Both the position numbers and the translations under genes were made by a program. Below the pieces are notes generated by a model. That model ran no database searches. It had not been told where the DNA came from and worked only from the letters and a program-made list of their open reading frames with translations. Shown piece after piece: positions 16,882-24,900 of a DNA stretch of 64,000 nt (position 1 is the first letter of the stretch; every line of letters begins with the position of its first letter). Source of the stretch: an uncultured Bacteroidales bacterium (GTDB taxonomy: Bacteria; Bacteroidota; Bacteroidia; Bacteroidales; Paludibacteraceae); NCBI GenBank assembly GCA_937891975.1, contig CALAUA010000015.1, positions 145,378-209,377 of the forward strand, given 5' to 3'.

Positions 16882-16922
16882 ACAAGTTCTTAGTCTTTAC
16901 GGATTAGGAACTTGTTTGTTTT
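16882..16922 (+). terminator. Rho-independent terminator after the Bro-N gene
   Basis: acaagttcttagtc-tttacg-gattaggaacttgt followed by ttgtttt. Confidence 0.55.
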
Positions 16923-17145
16923 ATAACTATGAGCAAACAAAATACAATATAACAACGGCGTTGCCCCTTACTCCCGTAGGGGCTTCATAGGAACTCACCG
17001 AAGGGGCAAGGGACTTTGACCAGGGATGAATAGAGCAAAAACATAAACGCGGAGCTACTAACGTGAGCGAAGCGAACCTAAGAGCGATCTTTGACATAGT
17101 GGAATTACTAAAAATGATTCTGGCATTTTGATGACACAAAACGCC

Positions 17146-17226
17146 AAAGTCGTTCATAAAAGTGTGTCATTTTATGCAAAAGTCGTTCATGAAAATGCGA
17201 AAAATCACAAAAAGTCGTTCATAAAA
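17146..17226 (+). repeat. Three phased direct repeats AAAGTCGTTCATRAAA
   Basis: gtcgttcat at 17149, 17182 and 17214 (32-33-nt spacing), just upstream of the -7 box at 17261. Confidence 0.8.
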
Positions 17227-17260
17227 ATGTAAATCATTTGCATATATCATTTATTTTCAG

Positions 17261-17268
17261 TACCTTTG
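17261..17268 (+). promoter_or_regulatory. -7 box TACCTTTG for the DUF4143 ATPase gene
   Basis: Canonical TAnnTTTG 35 nt upstream of the ATG at 17304. Confidence 0.55.
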
Positions 17269-17303
17269 CGGCGAATTTAAAAACATATCAATAAAACATA
17301 CAT

Positions 17304-18605
17304 ATGGAACGGCTAATAATTGAAGAATTGTTGCAATGGAAAACCAGTCCACGACGCAAGCCATTGATACTAAATGGCGCGCGACAAGTTGGCAAGACAT
17401 GGATTCTAAAGCATTTTGGAGAAATGCATTATGACAATGTAGCATATATCAACTGCGATAAGGAGTCGCTGGCTGCCAAATTGTTTGAAGATTATGATGT
17501 CAAACGCATCGTTCAAGCATTGGAAGCGATGACCAACACCCAGATTGTTGCAGGTAAAACACTCATTATCATAGATGAGATTCAGGAGGTTCCACGAGGA
17601 CTGCATGCCCTAAAGTATTTTGCTGAAAACGCACCCGAGCAACACATCGCTGTTGCGGGTTCACTGTTGGGACTATTGCTACACCAAGGCGAGAGTTTTC
17701 CTGTTGGCAAAGTGAATATGTTGCAAATGCATCCTATGACTTTTCTGGAATTTCTCAAAGCAATAGGAGAGGATAAGATGTACCAACAGCTCCTGAATAG
17801 AGAATGGAGCGTAACGAACACAGTACACGAAAAGATTGTAAAGCATTTGCGCATGTATCTCTATGTCGGAGGAATGCCAGAGGCGGTACAGGCGTATTGT
17901 GACAATGTGCCATTGCGTGAGATTCGCAGCATTCACAACGAAATTCTCACGGCATATATCAACGACCTTTCGAAGCATGCCCCTAAAGAGCAGGTGGTTC
18001 GTATTACGCAAGTATTCCGATCAGTTCCAACACAAATAGCTAAAGAAAACAAGAAGTTTGTATTTGGAATGCTCAAAAAAGGCGCAAGAGCCAAGGATTT
18101 TGAATTGGCTATCCAATGGTTGATGGACGCTGGACTTGTGCATAAAGTCTGTCAGGTTAGCAAACCAGAAGCGCCATTGACCTTTTATGAAGAGGCAGAT
18201 GCGTTCAAACTGTTCTTGTTGGATTGCGGATTATTAGGTGCAATGAATATGACAGATGCCACAGAAGCCATGCTGACAGATAACATCTTTGAGGAGTACA
18301 ATGGTGCGTTGACAGAACAATTGGTACTTCAAGAGCTAAAGTGCTTGCCAAACTTGCCTGTGTATTACTATAACAAACCAAATTCGCAACAAGAGATTGA
18401 TTTTGTGATTGAGATTAAAAATCGTGCTATTCCTGTAGAAGCCAAAGCAGGAGAGAACTTGCAAGCGAAATCGTTGAAACAATTCATACAGGAGAATAAA
18501 TCAGAAAAGGCAATCAAGACCTCTCTCAAACAATACAAAGGCAACGAGATTATAGACAATGTACCTCTATATGCATTGTATTGTTATCTTCAGGAACCAC
18601 ACTGA
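17304..18605 (+). CDS. AAA-family ATP-binding protein (AAA_14 + DUF4143 type)
   Basis: Walker A in LILNGARQVGKTW, Walker B in LIIIDEIQ. Overall layout is typical of the DUF4143 ATPases common in Bacteroidota. Confidence 0.75.
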   Translation: MERLIIEELLQWKTSPRRKPLILNGARQVGKTWILKHFGEMHYDNVAYINCDKESLAAKLFEDYDVKRIVQALEAMTNTQIVAGKTLIIIDEIQEVPRGLHALKYFAENAPEQHIAVAGSLLGLLLHQGESFPVGKVNMLQMHPMTFLEFLKAIGEDKMYQQLLNREWSVTNTVHEKIVKHLRMYLYVGGMPEAVQAYCDNVPLREIRSIHNEILTAYINDLSKHAPKEQVVRITQVFRSVPTQIAKENKKFVFGMLKKGARAKDFELAIQWLMDAGLVHKVCQVSKPEAPLTFYEEADAFKLFLLDCGLLGAMNMTDATEAMLTDNIFEEYNGALTEQLVLQELKCLPNLPVYYYNKPNSQQEIDFVIEIKNRAIPVEAKAGENLQAKSLKQFIQENKSEKAIKTSLKQYKGNEIIDNVPLYALYCYLQEPH

Positions 18606-18640
18606 GTTGTAAGATAAATTCATACCAACCACTTTCCCAA

Positions 18641-18680
18641 AAACGGTAATTCCACTAATTGACGGAGTTGCCGTTTTTGT
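18641..18680 (+). terminator. Possible terminator after the ATPase gene
   Basis: aaacggtaa / ttgccgttt stem (one G-U pair) with a large 18-nt loop, followed by ttgttt. Confidence 0.35.
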
Positions 18681-18698
18681 TTAGGTTGGCCCTTGTAT

Positions 18699-18834
18699 TG
18701 CCCCTTACATGCCCCTTACTTCCATAGGGACTTCATAGGGACTTCGCCGAAGAATCAGTATAGGATAACCAAGGGATGTATAAAGGATATATATAGGATG
18801 TCCCGAAGATACCCTGAAGATACCCCGAAGATAG
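18699..18834. repeat. Composite repeat, right copy (inverted partner of 14329-14486)
   Basis: Same ends and unique core as the left copy. The internal word module is GAAGTCCCTAT instead of GAGGTTCCGAT. Ends 70 nt upstream of the giant gene 2 start. Confidence 0.85.
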
Positions 18835-18903
18835 GGCATTTGGTCATTGGCTTGACCTCTGCTCACAAAACAAAATAATAACTAGACTAAAATAACAAAA
18901 ATC

Positions 18904-21900
18904 ATGAATACAACATTTACAAATTACGCCGAGAAGAAGGCGAAACAAATTCTTAATCTATTACAAGGCTATACCAAAGGTATACGAATAACTGCCATCC
19001 TCATTCTCCTACTCATGGGAGTTAGTAATGCGTGGGCGTGGACAGCGCACTTTTCTCTTATGGGCGATCCTGTTGGTAATAATTGGCAGAATGATCGAGA
19101 TTTCATGATTAACACAAGTACAGGAACTACGGACGAGTGGTATATCTATGCATATGTAGCAAATAATCAATATTTTGCTTTAAACAATGGAAGTAATCAG
19201 TACGGACCTTCAAGCAACGGTCAGGCTATAAAAAACGGCACAGGTGGAGGTCAGGGCAATTATAATACAAATTCATGGAAATTCACAGGAACTAGTGGAA
19301 TCATAAAGATTTGCTGTGCGGAAAGTAATGACCGTGAATGGTATCCATGGGTATGGGTAGAAGAATCCGCACCAACTATCAAATTTAAACATCCATGGAA
19401 TGGTGGTAGTTGGAGTGAACAAACAGCAACAAAACAAAATGACGGGACATATACCTACGATGGTAAATATGGAAATAACAAAGGCTTTAATGCAGGTCCT
19501 TCTGGTAAGTACAAATATAACGCAAGTCAAACAACCGTAGAAGGTTCACCCGCTACAGGAGATATGTGTAGATTTATTTGGAATCCTGTTGGTTATGTAC
19601 AAGGAGGAGCAGAAACAAAAGCATCTGGAACATTTAAAATTGTTAAACTTTGTTCGCTCACCTATGATGGCAATGGAAAAACAGGAGGAACAGTACCTTC
19701 TGCTACTAACAACCAACTATATAACACATCTATTACATTATCATCCGAAACTTTAACTAAGGCTGGTTATACACATACTGGTTGGAATACCAAAGCAGAT
19801 GGCACAGGAACCCATTATGACAAAGGAGCATCCTACACATTAACAGCAGCGAGTACCACTCTCTATGCAGAATGGACATCTACCGCTCCTACCATAACCA
19901 TTTCTACTGAAAAAACATACTTAAGAACAGCTTATGATAAATTAATTTTAAAGATTTATTACTCAAATATCCCAGAAGGATATACTTATCGTGTCCATGC
20001 AACTCCAGAGGCTTACTTCAATGGTAATGAGAATGGGGATAATGTTGATCGGGTGAGTATTTCAGGTAATGGAAACACTACTTTTGTATCTAATGGATAT
20101 CTTGCCCAGAATCAATATACTGTAGAAGTGATATTATGGAATAATGGTGGTGCAACAGATATAATATCAAATTCCCTTTCCATCACGGTAGAACCTCAAT
20201 TATCTGTTCAAACACGAGCTCGTTTTAATAATCAAATAAACACAACTGCCGCAGAGCACCCACAACCAGAATGGGTACATCCTTCGCAGAATGTAGGAGA
20301 AACAATTACAGCTAGCGAACCGAAACCAGGTTATACATTTGCGGGTTGGACTGCTAATGATGATAACCTTATTAAGTTTGATAATCCTAATTCACTTACA
20401 ACTATTGTTAAATCGAAAGTAAATGGTAATAACAATGCAGTGGCTTACGCCAACTATACCCGTGTAGAAACCTATGCCTTTATACAAGGTCGTTTTCGTG
20501 TGAATAGTGCATCACGAAATCAGATGACATATACTTATGATGATGGTGGTCAATGGAACGAAGGGAGCACTAATATCCAAATGGAATATGATGATACAAA
20601 CTCACGTTTCTATCTTCACACATATATGAAGCCTAAAGAGCTAACAGAGCCCCATGGTACTAATTGTGGTGAATGTAAGCCTTATTTTTATATTAAAACA
20701 AGTACCTCTAGTAGTTCTCTTACGAATGCTACACCATATTGGTCTTCATCCAAACAATATATAATAGAAGCGGGAAAAGAGAACAAAAAGGAATTAACGA
20801 ATTCTTCTAGCAATGTGGTTAACAATAACTTACGCTTTAACACTCAAGATGAATCAGGTTATGTAATATTATATTTCGATCAACAATACATCTGGTATGA
20901 GTTGGAGCATAGATTAGAATACGATGCCAACGGTGGTACAGGTAGTGCACCAAGCAGAACGTATCATCTTAAAGGTTCCACAACTACTACCGCTTCGGAC
21001 AACATATTCACTCGTGACGGCTATGATTTCCAGGGTTGGAACACCAAAGCAGATGGTACGGGCAATCAGTATGAGGCAGAAGCAAACATTACGATAGAGG
21101 CAAACACAACTCTCTACGCACAATGGGCAAAACCAACATTCACCGTTACACTAGACCCACAGGGTGGTACAGACGGAACTACTTCTGTTGAAGCAACTTA
21201 TGGAGAAGAAATGCCCGAAGCAACGATGCCTCAGCGTGAGGGATTTACTTTTGGCGGATATTTCACAGAGACTAATGGCGGTGGCACTCAGTATTACAAT
21301 GCTGATGGCTCTAGTACGAAGAATTGGGATATCAAAGAACCTAAAACCCTCTACGCCAAATGGATACAACAATATGTGATTGTGGGTAATGGTAAAGGTA
21401 GTTGGCTGAATGGTGCTAACTGGATAGAAAGTGTGATAGCAGATGATAGCTTTGACGTTACCAAGCAGTCAAGCAATATTATTGATGGTAGTGTTACCTA
21501 CTCTGCTTGTCCTGCTGGACTGAAGAACTTCCGCATTGTGCCATGGGGTAAATGGGATACAAATCATGGTAAAGAGCAGCTAACTAGTTGCAATGTACCT
21601 TCCTACACCAATGAAGACAATAATATTGCGTTCGTAACTGTGGCGGAAGCTGCCATCACAATCGGATTTGATGGCACGAATATTACAGTACAAGTAGATT
21701 ATGATGCTGAAGATTTAGCCAATGTAAAAGCCGAAGTCGTCGCAGACACAAAACGAATGTTCTATTTTGGAGACGAGTTAACAGATCGATCAAGGCAGTA
21801 TTTATACGTTAATGAACTTGAAAATAGCACAGATAACCACGTTGTTACAGAAACGAAAGGATTACTTTTAGAAGGTGTAGGTGCACAAAAGTGGCTAGCT

Positions 21901-24900
21901 GTGGCGATACTGCCTCCTAAGACATATAACATTTCTAATGATGCTAACTGGGGAGGTGTTTCTACAGGTGAAGTTGTTCAAGCGGGTGCAATATATGCAT
22001 GGCACGGCAATCAAGTGATGGTAAAAACAGCAGGCACCCCGCCGACATTAGGAGATGTAAGCATTAGAGTAGGAAGAGCCAACTCTGGATTAACTGCATC
22101 TGCTGGCGGCTCCTCTATCGGACAGGCACAAACCATCACCGATTACTACTATAAAAAGGAGGGTGAGAGTACTTGGACTAAGTTTGACCCGAATAACGTA
22201 AGTGCTTTGCCAGTAGGTATATACAAGGTACACGCGCTCGCACACGATGGCAATATCTACGTGCGCACCGCAGAACCTGCTACTTTGACGATATATGACG
22301 ATTACACCATCACCTATAAAGATCAAGGCGGTAGTGCTTTCACTGGTGCACACGAAGCTGGTTGTCCTGCTATACACCTCTACGGACAGACAACTGAACT
22401 GAAATCAGCAACCAAAACTGGTTATGAGTTTGGCGGTTGGTTTACAAGTCCAGATTGTACAGGCGAACCTATCACTACACTTGGAGCAACAGATTATACT
22501 GCAGACATTACCCTCTACGCTAAGTGGACTGCCAAGACTTATCCCGTTACCCTTGACCAAACTGGTGCAAAAACACCAGGAACTCCCTCTGTAACTGCTA
22601 CTTATTATGCTGCAATGCCTCACATAGAAACTCTACCTACTCCAAAAGATGGCTATGCATTTGCAGGATATTACGACCAAAAAGATGGCGCAGGTACACA
22701 ATATTATGACGCAGAGGGCGCGAGCGCGCACGTGTGGGATAAGGCAAATGATGGTATTCTCTATGCAAAATGGGAGGCAATCACTTACACCATCACTTAT
22801 CATCTCAACGGTGGAAGTGGCGCCGCAAACAGCACTTACACCATCGAATCTGAGGATATTATCTTACCAACCCCTACTAAAGCAGGTCACACCTTTGGCG
22901 GTTGGTATGACAACGAAGGTTGTACAGGAGAAGCTATTACCAAGATAGCTCAAGGTTCTACTGGCCACAAAGAGTATTGGGCAAAGTGGACAATCAATAG
23001 TTATACCATCCTCTTTGGTACAGAAGATGGCGGAACTGTAAGTGCTACTGTAGGTGGGAATGCAATCAGTAGTGGTACTTCACTTACGTATGGTACACAA
23101 GTTCAATTGACTGCCACTCCCGAACCTGGGTATTCTTTCAGCGAATGGACAAATGGTAGTGGCAATGAGGTTTCTACATCCAATCCTTATACAGTGACCA
23201 TAGACGGCAATATCACCCGAAATGCTGTCTTTATTGAAGCGACTACCCTGTATCTCAAACCAAACGCTGATTGGCTGAAAGACGGTGCACGCTTCGCTGC
23301 GTATGCATTTGATGGAGGAGAGGCAACTTGGTATGATATGGAAGAAGTGGGATGTTCTGGTATTTATTCATGTGCCATTCCGGGAAGTTATAATAAGGTT
23401 ATTTTTGGGCGCATGAATCCAAACAAAACGGAGAATAATTTTGATAATGAAGTAAGATGGGAACAGACCATTGATTTAAGTATTCCAACAGATGGTACTA
23501 ATTTATTCACTGTCACAAACAAGCCAGTAGGAAGCAACTGGAATGGTGAATGGGAATCCGAGCCATTTAATCCTCTAGCATATACTATTACGCTGGAAGG
23601 TGAAGGTGGTACGATAGAAATCACACATGAAGGTGGTACAGCTACGGAGAATACTACTGTAGCACCCAATACCATCATCACCGTTGCTCTTTACCCTCAT
23701 AGCGGTTACACGGTAGGTACACCTAAAATAAAGATTGGTTCCAATGCTGCAGCTAACTTGGTAGTAGGGCAAAAATATACTATTTGCGGACCTACTACGA
23801 TTACCGCTAATTGGGTTGAAACGAAATATGCTGTAGCAGTTAATTCAAACAATAATACTTACGGAACGGTAAGTCCAAGCTCTGTACAAGTGGGACAATA
23901 CACTCCTTCTCAGAAGATTACTGCTACGCCGAAAGCTGGTTATCGTTTTGTGAATTGGACAGCCACCGAAGGTGTGTCAATCAATTCCCCAATCTTTGAA
24001 TCCACCACCATCACTGCTTCCCAAGCAGGTACACTAACCGCCAACTTCGAAAAAGACCCTACCGTTTACCTCAAGCCAAGTGCTGTTTGGAAAAAAGATG
24101 GTGCACGTTTTGCAGTGTATTGGTGGAAGGATACAAAGAACGGTTGGATAGATATGACCACTGTCGGCTGTAACGACGAATATTATACAGCCGAATTGCC
24201 TGCAGGAGTTACGAATTTTAAGTTTGTTAGGTTAAAACCTAGTGGTGGGCATGCTTTTAGCAATGCATGGGATCAGACTATAGATCTTACCTTGCCAACT
24301 AACGCCAACAACCTATTTGCAATGAAAAAATTGCATCTCAATATAGGAGAATGGAATAAAGATAATCAGAAATGTTATGCGGCACACTTCTACAATTCAT
24401 CAAATGAAAGTAAGACCATTAATTTGACCGAAGGTAATGATCCGATGGTTTATTACTGCGATATACCAACGGATAAACATTATACGAATGTTGTGTTCTA
24501 TCGTGTGAATCCTAGTAATACTGGAGAAATATGGCATCAAACAAATGACCTGACTATAGACGGCGATTTCTACACGATTACCTCATTCGGTGGAGATGGT
24601 AACAAAGCAGAAGGTACTTGGACGTTACAGAGTATAGGTGAATGGTTGGCGTTGCCGTTGCCTACTATCACCTACACTCAACCAGAGAATGGTACGATTA
24701 TCGTTAAGACCATACGAGGTGTGGAAATACCTAGCGGAACAAAAGTTCCATGGGATACGCAAGTCCTCGTGTCGGTACAACCGAATACAGGATATTCTGT
24801 TGAATATGCTAATATCGATATTGGTGGTACACAGCATGATGTTCAATCGGGTACACCTTACACCATCTGCGGAAATACAACTATCTCTGCTACCATGGAA

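Noticed and set aside
16920-17100. Possible small RNA or tRNA in the GC-rich patch with the ttgcccctt...aaggggcaa stem.
   Set aside because: No cloverleaf or conserved tRNA boxes could be folded. The sequence is made of the same CCCCTTAC/TAGGGGC words seen in the composite repeats, so it is treated as part of the word-repeat family.
12976-18700. Prophage or integrative element between the giant genes.
   Set aside because: I found no integrase, transposase, capsid or terminase genes, and no direct repeats resembling att sites. Bro-N plus one ATPase is insufficient evidence.
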